A stretch of 64,000 nucleotides of DNA from Faecousia sp. (lineage in GTDB: Bacteria > Bacillota > Clostridia > Oscillospirales > Oscillospiraceae): contig JAZLCU010000026.1 in the NCBI GenBank assembly GCA_045614325.1, positions 293 to 64,292 of the forward strand. Reading direction: 5' to 3'. This document shows, in pieces, positions 50,875-59,634 of the stretch (positions are counted from its first letter, which is position 1; each line of letters opens with the position of its first letter). The position numbers and the translations under genes are program-made. The notes under the pieces were generated by a model, which did no database searches, had not been told where the DNA came from, and was given only the letters and a program-made list of their open reading frames with translations.

Positions 50875-51435
50875 TTAGTTATAAAGATTGTTGTATAGTT
50901 CGGGATTGGTACGCTTTAACTGCGCCAGTTCCGCTACACTCATTTTTTTAGCGCTCTCTTTTGTAATCTCTGCGCTGTTGCCGCCGTTGCCTCTTGGCGC
51001 ATTACCGGCAAGGCGCTTTTCCACCTCTGCCTTTACTGCGGCTTTAAAAAGTCTGTCCAGTTTGTCAATGTTTGCTTGGCTTGCCTCAATATCATCTGTA
51101 ATTGCTACAATATCGGCAAATTCGGCGCTTAGTCCTCTAGTAGAAAGTACTGTCTTTAATTCGCTCTTGTTCTTGTCAATGTTCATCTGTGCAACTAACT
51201 GTTCTAGTTCTGCGATTCTGTCAGCCTGTTCTGCCTTTACTCTTTCTTCGCCGTCAAGTTTAGACAAACTAATTTCTTTTTCGTGTTTCTTTTGCTGCGT
51301 TTTTAACGCTTGTGTTACGCGCTTATCGGTTTCGCTTTGGATAAGTGCTAATACTTCTTCTTGGGTATAAGTCTTTTGCTCTTGGGTTTCTGTAGTTTCT
51401 ACAGTTTCTACGCTAGCGTTTTCTACATTTTCCAT
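50875..51435 (-). CDS. Capsid scaffolding protein (DUF4355-like)
   Basis: KTYTQEEV, coiled coil, AVK.EVEKRL..P, NPELY. Confidence 0.78.
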   Translation of the reverse strand: MENVENASVETVETTETQEQKTYTQEEVLALIQSETDKRVTQALKTQQKKHEKEISLSKLDGEERVKAEQADRIAELEQLVAQMNIDKNKSELKTVLSTRGLSAEFADIVAITDDIEASQANIDKLDRLFKAAVKAEVEKRLAGNAPRGNGGNSAEITKESAKKMSVAELAQLKRTNPELYNNLYN

Positions 51436-51540
51436 TGTTAAAACTCCTTTAAGTTGCGGCATTATGTAAACCGCCCCTTTTAAATAAAATTTAGTTGTTT
51501 CTTTAACGCCTAACCCCTATACAAAAGGCAATATAATTTT

Positions 51541-52317
51541 TTACTCAATTACCGGCAGCAAAGAGCATCTACAATTAGGATGTGCTGGGATTGGTAACTT
51601 TTCGCCCACTCGGTAAACCTTTCTATGCAGTTTGCCGCAAATCTCGCAGCGCCGCTCGTCTTTGTCTGCCCATACTTCTACAAAATTTACCCCACTATCT
51701 AAATATCTATCCTGGGCTGCTTTAATTTGTATATGCGCCATTTCAGTTCTAACTAACATATCAGCCCTGCTATAACTCACATTAAAAGAATCCATAAGCA
51801 TTCCCTTTAGAAAGTCGGGGTTTTTACCAGTAAGTAAACAATCTAGTAAATTATCATTTAGGGATTGGTGCAAACGCTCTGTATTTTCCCATATGCGTTC
51901 GCTCCAGCTCTTACCATCAGCGCACCAAATGGTATTTATCATACTTTCGATTGCTTTAGTATCTAGTTGGGTATAGTGTGCCTCACCTTGTACCGCCAAA
52001 CTATCATATATTTGTTGGTACTGCATAACGAAAGCCCTATTTAAAATACCGGCTTGTGCCTTTCCCAGTTTCTCTAGTTCTTTCGCTACATCGGCTTGCA
52101 TTTTCCAGTAGGTATCTAGTTTATATAAATCTGCCGGCGTTGGCTCTCTGCCCTCTGCTATACTTAAAAGTACTCTATTATAAGTTTCTCTAAATTGCCC
52201 AATAATTTTATATTGTGCTTTGTTATAATACATTGCTACTCTATCTTCTATATGCTCTATGCTCTTTTTGGTTAGTTCCGCTTGTGTTGCGGCTTGCCGT
52301 TCTTCCCAATAGCCCAT
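51541..52317 (-). CDS. Minor head protein (SPP1 gp7 / Mu F-like)
   Basis: YWEER, WSERIW, LVRTE, C..C, P.HPNCRC. Confidence 0.85.
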   Translation of the reverse strand: MGYWEERQAATQAELTKKSIEHIEDRVAMYYNKAQYKIIGQFRETYNRVLLSIAEGREPTPADLYKLDTYWKMQADVAKELEKLGKAQAGILNRAFVMQYQQIYDSLAVQGEAHYTQLDTKAIESMINTIWCADGKSWSERIWENTERLHQSLNDNLLDCLLTGKNPDFLKGMLMDSFNVSYSRADMLVRTEMAHIQIKAAQDRYLDSGVNFVEVWADKDERRCEICGKLHRKVYRVGEKLPIPAHPNCRCSLLPVIE

Positions 52318-52318
52318 A

Positions 52319-53656
52319 TTAGTTTACCTCTTGCGCCTCTGTTTCTTCGGTATCAGTACCAAAAGCACCAAAGCCGTATAAACTCATATTGGCTGCTTTT
52401 TGCTCTTGTAGCGCCTCTAACTCTGCGTTAACATCATCAATAAATGGCAGTTGCGCCAGTAGGGTAGCATCACTTACAGAGCCTTTTAGCGCGTTAACCA
52501 TATTGATAAGTGCCGTTTCGTCTTCGGGAATATTGCGCTTAAAGTCTATGGTAATATCTCTAAATACTTCTTCTCCATATTTCAAAGTAGCAACACCGCA
52601 AATAATCTCTACTCTGCGTTGTAGTGCTTTCTTCATAACTGCCTCAATCTTACCTGCGCGCGTTTCCATACCAGTTAAGCGGTATCTAATAGCAATACCA
52701 CTTGATACGCCGCCCACAAAAGTTTCTGCGCTAAAGTCGGGGCATTGCGCGATTCTATATATACTATCGTGTAGCCGCTTAATAATGTTTTCTACTTGCG
52801 TATCATTAGCGCTCTTGGTTAAGTAGTACATTTTAGCGCCGGTAGGAACACTAGCAGCTCTGTTTGCGCGCATAGCCGCAATATCGTCCGCATCTGCGTC
52901 TACGCCCTCTAGTACTAAATAGGCATCACAGAAAGCGCTAAAATCATCAATTTCTGCGCTTACCAATTCGTTTACTGCATCTTGTAAGCTCATAATGCAA
53001 TCAAAAATACTTTTTTCGTCTTGCAGTACCATAATATTGGCTGGGCATTGATTGAAAAAGTGCGGCTCTTCTCCTACAAAAGAAAGCGCGCCATTTAGCC
53101 CAAGCATTGTATAGTGCTTAATATCATAGTCGCTATATACATCTACATTGTATTTGTCGGTATCGCTCCATTCGTCTGCCTTGTACATACGCACAAAGTA
53201 CATTAAATCACCGGCTAGGCTATCATCATAAACGCCAAAGCAGGTATTAGGGCTAATCAACTTAAAGCGCGTTTGTCCATCATTATCAAAGTACATTAGT
53301 TCCGCAGCTACTCCATAAATTAGGGCATCTAGCAATAAGTCGGCGTCTTGTGCTTGGTAATCGTTATAGCGCAGTATCTGCATAATTTCCTCAATATCGT
53401 TTTTGCTGCTGTAGCTAATGTAACTTGGCGTTGCCAGGTAGCCGGTGTAAGAATCACAAATGTTCTTACAGTAGTTAATTACCGATTTATTACAAGGCTT
53501 GCTTTCATCTGCATATGCTTTCTGTAAAATCTGCTGCTTTCCATCGTAATAGTTTTTATATCGTTGTAACTTAGGCTTTACATTTAGGTTAAATCTACTA
53601 ATCATCTTTTGTAATAATTCTGTAGTTAATGTTGTATTTCTGTTTAAATAAAACAT
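52319..53656 (-). CDS. Portal protein (SPP1 gp6-like)
   Basis: YYDGKQ.IL, NY...I.D...GY, SG.AIRYRL, LQRR, S..TLL..LPF. Confidence 0.9.
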   Translation of the reverse strand: MFYLNRNTTLTTELLQKMISRFNLNVKPKLQRYKNYYDGKQQILQKAYADESKPCNKSVINYCKNICDSYTGYLATPSYISYSSKNDIEEIMQILRYNDYQAQDADLLLDALIYGVAAELMYFDNDGQTRFKLISPNTCFGVYDDSLAGDLMYFVRMYKADEWSDTDKYNVDVYSDYDIKHYTMLGLNGALSFVGEEPHFFNQCPANIMVLQDEKSIFDCIMSLQDAVNELVSAEIDDFSAFCDAYLVLEGVDADADDIAAMRANRAASVPTGAKMYYLTKSANDTQVENIIKRLHDSIYRIAQCPDFSAETFVGGVSSGIAIRYRLTGMETRAGKIEAVMKKALQRRVEIICGVATLKYGEEVFRDITIDFKRNIPEDETALINMVNALKGSVSDATLLAQLPFIDDVNAELEALQEQKAANMSLYGFGAFGTDTEETEAQEVN

Positions 53657-53670
53657 CTATTGTAACCCCC

Positions 53671-54894
53671 TTAAAATAAGTTTTTATCTAGGGCTTTTAA
53701 CTTTGTTCCTACGCATTGTAAACTGTAGCGTAAAGCATCTATATAGTGGTTAAAATCGTCTATAGGTTTGTTAATATAAAGCCCCGTGTTTTTGTCTTTT
53801 TGGTAGGTGTAATTTTCAAACTCCGTTATAATTCCAGTACAGTTAGGGTGAATAATAATTTGGTAGTTTTGCAGCTTTTGTATGCCGTGCATTATACTAT
53901 CCGCTCCCTTAGTGCAAGGTTTAATCTTTTGTATGCCCTCTGCCTTAATTTCTGCAATACTCTTAGGTTCTGCACAATCTGCCACTATTACGGATTTACT
54001 AAGCCCCATACTCTTTATAATGTTTGCTAAGTCTTTATTGGTTTTACCAGTAGAGCCGTACTCTTTAAATACATATATGCGCCCTTGCTCTTCACATAGT
54101 AGCGCCGCCGTTATCGCGCTTAAATCGTGGATATAACCGAAATCCAAGCCTACCATTAACTGCCCTTGCTTTTCTTCGTGGTTAAAATCTTCTACTTTCC
54201 AGTTTTGGAATATAAGCCCCTCTGCATCTACACCCCATTCGCCATCGCAGAATACGCGCGCTTTCTGTGGGTTTCTTGTGTATAACTCCTCTAGTTCTGC
54301 TATATATTCAGCATTTAAAAAATGATTGTCCTTATATGTGCTGTGGGTAAATATATAGTTGCTAGGTGGGTTTACCTCGCAAAAATCGTATAGCCAATGG
54401 TTTTTACTAATAGGGTTAAATGCCATTAGTATTTGTTGGTTGGGTGTATCACCGCGCAAACGCAGGTTAAGTTGCTCTACTATTGGCTTGGGTACTTCAA
54501 AAACTTCCTCTATGAATATGCAGCCAATATTATTTAAAGAAAGTAGTTTAGTTTCTTCGTCCAATCCAATAAATATAATTTCACTACCATTTGGAAAGCG
54601 TATATTAAAGTCGGTTTCGCGTATCTTTACGAATTGTGTTAACTGCCATTTGGCTAGTATGTCTTTAAATAGGCTAAAACAAGTGTTTCTAAGCGTTGCG
54701 CCGGTGCGCCTACATACTAGAATCTTAATTTTTTCTCTACAAGCACGAATGATAAGTTTTTGCGTTATAAAATAACTTTTTGCGCTACCTGCGCTACCCA
54801 TATAAATTTCCCATCTGTGGGAATAGTCCAATAGCAAAGGGAAGAATTTAGGCACAAATAAATTTTTGTTTAAATTTAGTTGTATTTGTGCCAT
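53671..54894 (-). CDS. terL: Terminase large subunit (PBSX family)
   Basis: GSAGSAKS Walker A, IFIEE Walker B, FNP, HSTYKDN, GLDFG, NHYIDALRY. Confidence 0.93.
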   Translation of the reverse strand: MAQIQLNLNKNLFVPKFFPLLLDYSHRWEIYMGSAGSAKSYFITQKLIIRACREKIKILVCRRTGATLRNTCFSLFKDILAKWQLTQFVKIRETDFNIRFPNGSEIIFIGLDEETKLLSLNNIGCIFIEEVFEVPKPIVEQLNLRLRGDTPNQQILMAFNPISKNHWLYDFCEVNPPSNYIFTHSTYKDNHFLNAEYIAELEELYTRNPQKARVFCDGEWGVDAEGLIFQNWKVEDFNHEEKQGQLMVGLDFGYIHDLSAITAALLCEEQGRIYVFKEYGSTGKTNKDLANIIKSMGLSKSVIVADCAEPKSIAEIKAEGIQKIKPCTKGADSIMHGIQKLQNYQIIIHPNCTGIITEFENYTYQKDKNTGLYINKPIDDFNHYIDALRYSLQCVGTKLKALDKNLF

Positions 54895-54901
54895 TACTCA
54901 C

Positions 54902-55591
54902 TCACCCCCACTGTTCCGCCATTGCCAGCGCAACACCCTCAAAAGTTTTAGAGCGCTCTTTCTGTCTGGTTTTGCCGCTACCCTCGTTATACCAACGGCT
55001 CATAGTTCTTGTACTGCCGTCTTTAGCGGTATAGCTATATATATCAGGCGCAACAATATTAGTTGGGGTTAAGGGCTGCACACCTTTTAACCATAAGCAA
55101 GTAGCTTTTCTTGCGTTATGCCCATATTCGTATGGTTGGATAATTTGTGTGGGTTTCACCGGCAAGCCATACTCTTTGCATAAGTCCGGAAACCATTTTT
55201 TTATGTAATCCCCACTCATAATGCCTATGGGGTTTTCTATAACTATTTTGTCGCAATCAGCTTTTAAGAATTGAGCAAAAAACCTTACACCCTCTTCTTG
55301 CCGTCCGTCTGCTCTCTTTTTCTCAAAATGTCTTGCTCCACTAACTGCTAAATGGGTACAAGGTGGGAACGCTATAATCATATCCCATTTGCCCTCTTGC
55401 CGGTGGTGTACACCATCGCAAGTAGTAAACTCACAATTACCATTTAATAGCGGTAATACATCTTGTTTAATATGCCACTCAGGATAGCCCCCACTACAAT
55501 CTTCAATATCGCAGCTAAAAGCAATATGCCCCTTATCTCTAAACGCTTTGCACACTCTTTGGCTTTCTTCACAAGCCACTAAAACATACAT
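54902..55591 (-). CDS. Phage DNA cytosine methyltransferase-like protein
   Basis: VLVACEES, SCDI, FPPCT (PC catalytic motif), IENP, K.TCLW. Confidence 0.72.
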   Translation of the reverse strand: MYVLVACEESQRVCKAFRDKGHIAFSCDIEDCSGGYPEWHIKQDVLPLLNGNCEFTTCDGVHHRQEGKWDMIIAFPPCTHLAVSGARHFEKKRADGRQEEGVRFFAQFLKADCDKIVIENPIGIMSGDYIKKWFPDLCKEYGLPVKPTQIIQPYEYGHNARKATCLWLKGVQPLTPTNIVAPDIYSYTAKDGSTRTMSRWYNEGSGKTRQKERSKTFEGVALAMAEQWG

Positions 55592-55601
55592 CTACATTTC
55601 T

Positions 55602-56369
55602 TCACCCCTTTAGTAGCGCGCCCCAAGTCTTAGCGCCTACAATGCCATCTTGTTCTAACCCTCTAGCCTTTTGAAATGCAATAACCGCATTATAGGTTGC
55701 TTGTCCAAAAGAGCCGTCTACGCCATAAGTGCGCCCATTGTTCTGCATCTTATAACCAAGAGCCAATAACAAACGCTGTAGGGTTTCTACCTGCGCGCCC
55801 TTGCTATTCTTTCTAAGTGTATCTAGTTCAATCATTACCTTTTTTACCTCTGCTTTCTGCGGCTGCGGCGTTGCTACTGCGTCAAGTTTAAGCGCGCCAA
55901 AGCCTCTAATATAGCGCCCATTAACCGCGATTGTGCGGCGCGCTACACTCTCTTTTATATTTCCCTCAATAACAGTAATAACGCCGTTTTCTACCTTTTC
56001 TACAATGCCAATATGTTCGGGGCTGCCTAAGTTATCACCCTTGCCGCTGTCTTGCCAATCATAAATAATCAAGTCCGCAGGCTGCGGTATATAGCCATCG
56101 TTCTCTATCCAAGTGCCATTTGCTTTTAGTAACTCAATCATTTTAATGCAGCTACACTCTACTGGCATAATGCCCACAGCACCACAAGCAACGGCAACTG
56201 CGCTTGTAAAGGTAGCGCACCATTCATCTGTATTATATTTAACCTTGTAGCCTCTTGGTAAAGGCTTTAGCGTATTGTAAGTATCAATAATTACTTTATA
56301 ACTTCCGTCTTTTTCGTTGCGCCCTAACCATTGCTGCGCTTGTTTTACAATATCGTTTCTCGTTACCAT
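55602..56369 (-). CDS. Endolysin: CHAP domain plus C-terminal peptidoglycan-binding domain
   Basis: WCATF, HIGIV, IEGN; VDG.FG..T..AV.AFQ..GL..DGIVG.KTW. Confidence 0.88.
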   Translation of the reverse strand: MVTRNDIVKQAQQWLGRNEKDGSYKVIIDTYNTLKPLPRGYKVKYNTDEWCATFTSAVAVACGAVGIMPVECSCIKMIELLKANGTWIENDGYIPQPADLIIYDWQDSGKGDNLGSPEHIGIVEKVENGVITVIEGNIKESVARRTIAVNGRYIRGFGALKLDAVATPQPQKAEVKKVMIELDTLRKNSKGAQVETLQRLLLALGYKMQNNGRTYGVDGSFGQATYNAVIAFQKARGLEQDGIVGAKTWGALLKG

Positions 56370-56372
56370 TAC

Positions 56373-56702
56373 TTATTCTCCAATCTCTATAACAATATCT
56401 GTTCTTAAATCTGCCTCTATCTTTTGCGCCGGTGCATATCCAAGGGAATCAAGTATATATTTATTGGCTTGAAAGCAGCCCTCGTTAGCCAGTTCTATCA
56501 TTTTCTTTTGCGCGAGGCTTTCCGCGTTTTTCCATTGCTCGGCTAATCTTTTCTTTAATTCCTCTTGAAATTCCGGCATCTTACGCCACTTGCCAACAGT
56601 TTTATTATTAAGGTTTAGTAACTCTGCTAGTTTTGTGTCGGGCATCATTGGATTGGCTAGCATTGTTTCTAATAGTTCTATCTGTTTGGGTTTTAAAGCC
56701 AT
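56373..56702 (-). CDS. Putative terminase small subunit (HTH)
   Basis: N-terminal HTH (LAELLNL..TV.KWRK.PEF), A.KYILD..GY; first gene of the late operon. Confidence 0.68.
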   Translation of the reverse strand: MALKPKQIELLETMLANPMMPDTKLAELLNLNNKTVGKWRKMPEFQEELKKRLAEQWKNAESLAQKKMIELANEGCFQANKYILDSLGYAPAQKIEADLRTDIVIEIGE

Positions 56703-56708
56703 TACTAC

Positions 56709-56765
56709 ACCCCCTCACACTTATGTGAATTTTGCCTATATATGATTTGCTTTTTTCGTCCAAAA
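56709..56765 (-). promoter_or_regulatory. Phage bipartite motif copy A (putative late promoter)
   Basis: GGAC-N28-TTCAC..GGGG, same spacing as copies B and C. Confidence 0.55.
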
Positions 56766-56771
56766 GCCTAT

Positions 56772-56810
56772 AAAAAAGGGGAAACAAGCCTAATTTGCTT
56801 GTTTCCCTTT
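56772..56810 (-). terminator. Intrinsic terminator separating early and late regions
   Basis: gggaaacaagc-aaattag-gcttgtttccc followed by a T run. Confidence 0.78.
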
Positions 56811-56872
56811 GCCCTATATGTTATTTGTTAGTATTATACCAAAATATTTTTCTAAACGCAAATTTTCAATGT

Positions 56873-56959
56873 TTACTTTGATAACAATTTACCAATAGCG
56901 CAAACAATGCAAAAGCCAACTAATCCTAGTACAATTCCTGCCGCGATTGTAAAAACCAT
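56873..56959 (-). CDS. 28-aa single-TM peptide
   Basis: AAGGGGG RBS; MVFTIAAGIVLGLVGFCIVCAIGKLLSK. Confidence 0.55.
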   Translation of the reverse strand: MVFTIAAGIVLGLVGFCIVCAIGKLLSK

Positions 56960-56973
56960 TATATTGCCCCCTT

Positions 56974-57450
56974 TTAATAATCCAGTAGCGCAACTAAGCC
57001 GCCAAGCCGTTTAATCTCTTTTAACGGGAATAAGTAAACGCAACTAATATTGTCATTGTGTTTTATCTCTTTATACTAATATTTTTTATAGTGTTCGCGC
57101 ATTACCTTAAAGTCTATAACAACTATCTTGCGCGCTGCCTCACTAACAATACAATAATACTAATAGTTACTATACATATTGCCCTTAGTATAATTGCCTT
57201 TATCAAACCAATAATTTTCTTCTTCGCATAACACATTGCCGGTTTCGTGTATGCGGCTATCGCCTTTTACTTCTAGCATATACTCTGTGCCATCTGCCGC
57301 TATTGCTTTTATATCGCCTTTATGGTAATATTCTTCTTGGTTGCTAACATCGATATAACTATGTTCTGCGTCAAGGTGCTGGAAAACTTCTAGCGCCTTT
57401 TGCTCTATCTTTTTAGCAGCGCTTAAATCATTCCAAAAGTCATAACTCAT
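56974..57450 (-). CDS. PD-(D/E)xK-like nuclease, 158 aa, requires readthrough of 2 TAG
   Basis: GD..LEVK.D..TGN motif; frame continues past TAG 57,162-57,160 and 57,078-57,076 to a TAA abutting the next RBS. Confidence 0.75.
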
Positions 57451-57626
57451 AGTAACCACTCCTGCAGCTCTGCGCCATCCATCATACCGGCTTGTGCCTC
57501 TAACTCCAGTAGCAGTAAATCAGCCTCTAATGCTTTTACTACTTTTTTCTTTGTTTCCAGCGCATCTATATAAATTGTGCCGCGAATAAGTGCCTACTCC
57601 ATAGGTGTATAAATTTCTTTTTCCAT
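57447..57626 (-). CDS. 59-aa hypothetical protein, requires readthrough of 1 TAG
   Basis: AAGGAG RBS; MEKEIYTPME*ALIRG..QEWLL; TGA overlaps the next ATG (ATGA). Confidence 0.72.
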
Positions 57627-57661
57627 TGTAATTTCTCCTTTTGTTTTTATTTGTTGGGTTT

Positions 57662-57716
57662 CCCCTACATCTATAAGTGAAAATTGCGAAAGTACACTTA
57701 ACAAAATTTGTCCCAC
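57662..57716 (-). promoter_or_regulatory. Phage bipartite motif copy B
   Basis: GGAC-N28-TTCAC..GTAGGGG upstream of the 57,626 gene. Confidence 0.55.
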
Positions 57717-57900
57717 AATTTCGAAAAATTTTTAAACTTTTCTAAACTTCTCTATTCTGCGTTAAAAAGTAGGTTGTGGGGCTGTGTGCGCCATCGTAAG
57801 CGTCTTTTATATTTTTTGGTATACTTACCGCCCCTATTTTTTCTCCTCTTGTGGGGACGCTGTGAGCCTGAGAGCCAAAAGCCAAAGAAAAAAGAGGCAG

Positions 57901-58095
57901 TTAGCCTCTTTCTTCGTAACTTTCTTGCAGGTATTGCAGCAACGCAGCTCGCTCTGCATCTGTAATTGCTTTTATTTCGTGCGCTAAGTCCATCATACCC
58001 AAGATATAATTATAACTGGCTTGGTTGCGTATCGCCTTAAAAATTGCGGCGGCAGCGTCCATTGTGCGCCGGCGCTTGGGAAAAAGTATTAGCAT
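57901..58095 (-). CDS. Hypothetical protein (TAG-free)
   Basis: GAGGGGG RBS, overlaps upstream stop; followed by gaggc-taact-gcctc-T6 terminator. Confidence 0.6.
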   Translation of the reverse strand: MLILFPKRRRTMDAAAAIFKAIRNQASYNYILGMMDLAHEIKAITDAERAALLQYLQESYEERG

Positions 58096-58358
58096 TTACG
58101 CCCCCTCTTTCTTTTGCGCTCCGGCTCTGCCTTATCCCAGGTTGCCATCTGTTCAAACGCTCCAATAGCGTAATTGGTTTGCTCAACTATTAAAGCGCTA
58201 TCGCAGTTAATAATTACGCGCCCAGTAAATCCGTCTTTTGTAAGTAGAAAAGTAACATTGTAACCGTCTATGCTTTCTTCTTCATACGAAATTCCGCGCG
58301 CCTCAAACATTTTGCAAGCTGTTTCGTATGCTGCCATTTGGCTTGTGTATTCTACCAT
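58089..58358 (-). CDS. Hypothetical protein (TAG-free)
   Basis: AAGGGGG RBS before MVEYTS; own sigmaA-like promoter. Confidence 0.62.
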   Translation of the reverse strand: MVEYTSQMAAYETACKMFEARGISYEEESIDGYNVTFLLTKDGFTGRVIINCDSALIVEQTNYAIGAFEQMATWDKAEPERKRKRGRKC

Positions 58359-58383
58359 AAATACTTCCCCCTTTTCTACTCGC

Positions 58384-58412
58384 CTTATATCACAATTTCC
58401 AGTATTTGTCAA
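58384..58412 (-). promoter_or_regulatory. sigmaA-like promoter
   Basis: TTGACA-N17-TATAAG with TG extended -10. Confidence 0.68.
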
Positions 58413-58426
58413 GCCCTTTTCTTGTG

Positions 58427-59128
58427 TTATACTAGTCTTACTAATTCGCCGCTAATCCAAAAGCAATTAGGCTTTCCTGTAGCCACTCTATTGGCGCAAG
58501 CGGTTAGCCCATACTTTTTAATCGCCTCTTTAGCGGTTAGTATTTGCGCGCTTTCCCCCTCTATCTCTATTTGCTCTAAGATTGCAACTGCGCCGCGCGC
58601 TGTTGCGGAATTACTGCCGCAAGGCAGTAATTCCAAATCTGTATTATCTATTGTATTATCTAATGTAGTATTTGTATTATTTCTTATTTCTTTTGGTAAT
58701 AACGCGTTATTACTTTTGGGCATAACGGCGTTATTACTTTTTGGTATAACCGCGTTATTACTTTTGGGCATAACGCTATCTTTTTCGTCATTACCTTTTG
58801 GTATAACGGCGCTTTCCATAAATAAATAACTATTGCTTTCGCCTTGTTGCACCAAGTAGCCCTTTTCTATTAGTTCTTCTATAGCGTTGTTATACTGCTT
58901 AATCTTAATACCAAAGTTAGCCTCTATTTCTTTACTGCTTAGCGCAAATTCATATCCGTGTTGGTTTTTCGCAAAGTATACCCAAAGTTTAAAAGCGCCA
59001 GCCGCCAGTTCCTAAGCGGCTTTTTCCATTGCTGTTATATTGATTGTTGCGTAAATGTTTTGCTTGTTGCAAACTTCCTTGTTTACCTTTACTACCTTTT
59101 GGTTAGGTACTGTTTTATAATTTGCCAT
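58427..59128 (-). CDS. Replication initiator-like protein, 233 aa, requires readthrough of 1 TAG
   Basis: AGGGGG RBS; MANYKT..AMEKAA*ELAAGAFKLWVYF..AIEELIEKGYL winged-HTH-like; TAG at codon 39; internal 24-bp repeats. Confidence 0.75.
58691..58812. repeat. 24-bp tandem repeats (putative origin iterons) inside the rep-like gene
   Basis: Repeated ttgg(g/t)(c)ataacNgcgttattact units encoding (V/L)(I/M/L)PKSNNA. Confidence 0.7.
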
Positions 59129-59144
59129 ATCTTGTTACCCCCTA

Positions 59145-59333
59145 TTATTGGTGTTTTCTTCTTTGGGTTAGTTGTCTAACCGCTATATGCAAGTCCAAGT
59201 TATCTTCAAATACATATGTTATAAACTATGGGAAATTCGGGTTAATGCCGGTGCGAATCAATCTAAAGCCCTATTCCCTCAGCTTTAGCGCTAACCACTT
59301 AGTATAAATTGTGTACTCTTTTTCGTTTGCCAT
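59145..59333 (-). CDS. DUF5659-like small protein, 62 aa, requires readthrough of 2 TAG
   Basis: GAGGT RBS; IYTKWLALKLRE*GFRLIRTGINPNFP*FITYVFED; TAG at codons 21 and 36; ends TAA. Confidence 0.72.
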
Positions 59334-59343
59334 TTTAGTTACC

Positions 59344-59484
59344 TCACTTTTTAAAGTATTCTTTTAGTGCTTGGCGCATAAGCTCACTAACTGTAATACC
59401 CTACGCCGCGCAATATTCTTTTACTTGCTGCTCTTGGCTTGCAGTAAGTCTAAATTTAATTTGCTTTTCTTTGCTTTCTTGCAT
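59344..59484 (-). CDS. Ribbon-helix-helix (CopG/Arc-like) DNA-binding protein, 46 aa, requires readthrough of 1 TAG
   Basis: QIKFRLT strand, helix, AA*GITVSELMRQALKEY second helix; TAG at codon 28. Confidence 0.75.
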
Positions 59485-59634
59485 CTTAATCCCTCGTTTT
59501 CTTGTCCCCCAAATTTTCTTATAAATATTGTGGGGGCTAGTGTTTGCTAACCCCCTATAAGAAAAAAGGAGAAAATATAATGTTCAATGGCTATGCTCTG
59601 TTCACCACTATTTATAAGTAGGAATACTGCCCTA

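Noticed and set aside
56974-59484. Interpretation of TAG-interrupted genes as pseudogenes of a decaying prophage
   Set aside because: All seven lesions are TAG, none are TAA/TGA or frameshifts, and the rest of the prophage and both att sites are intact; not formally excluded without homolog alignments.
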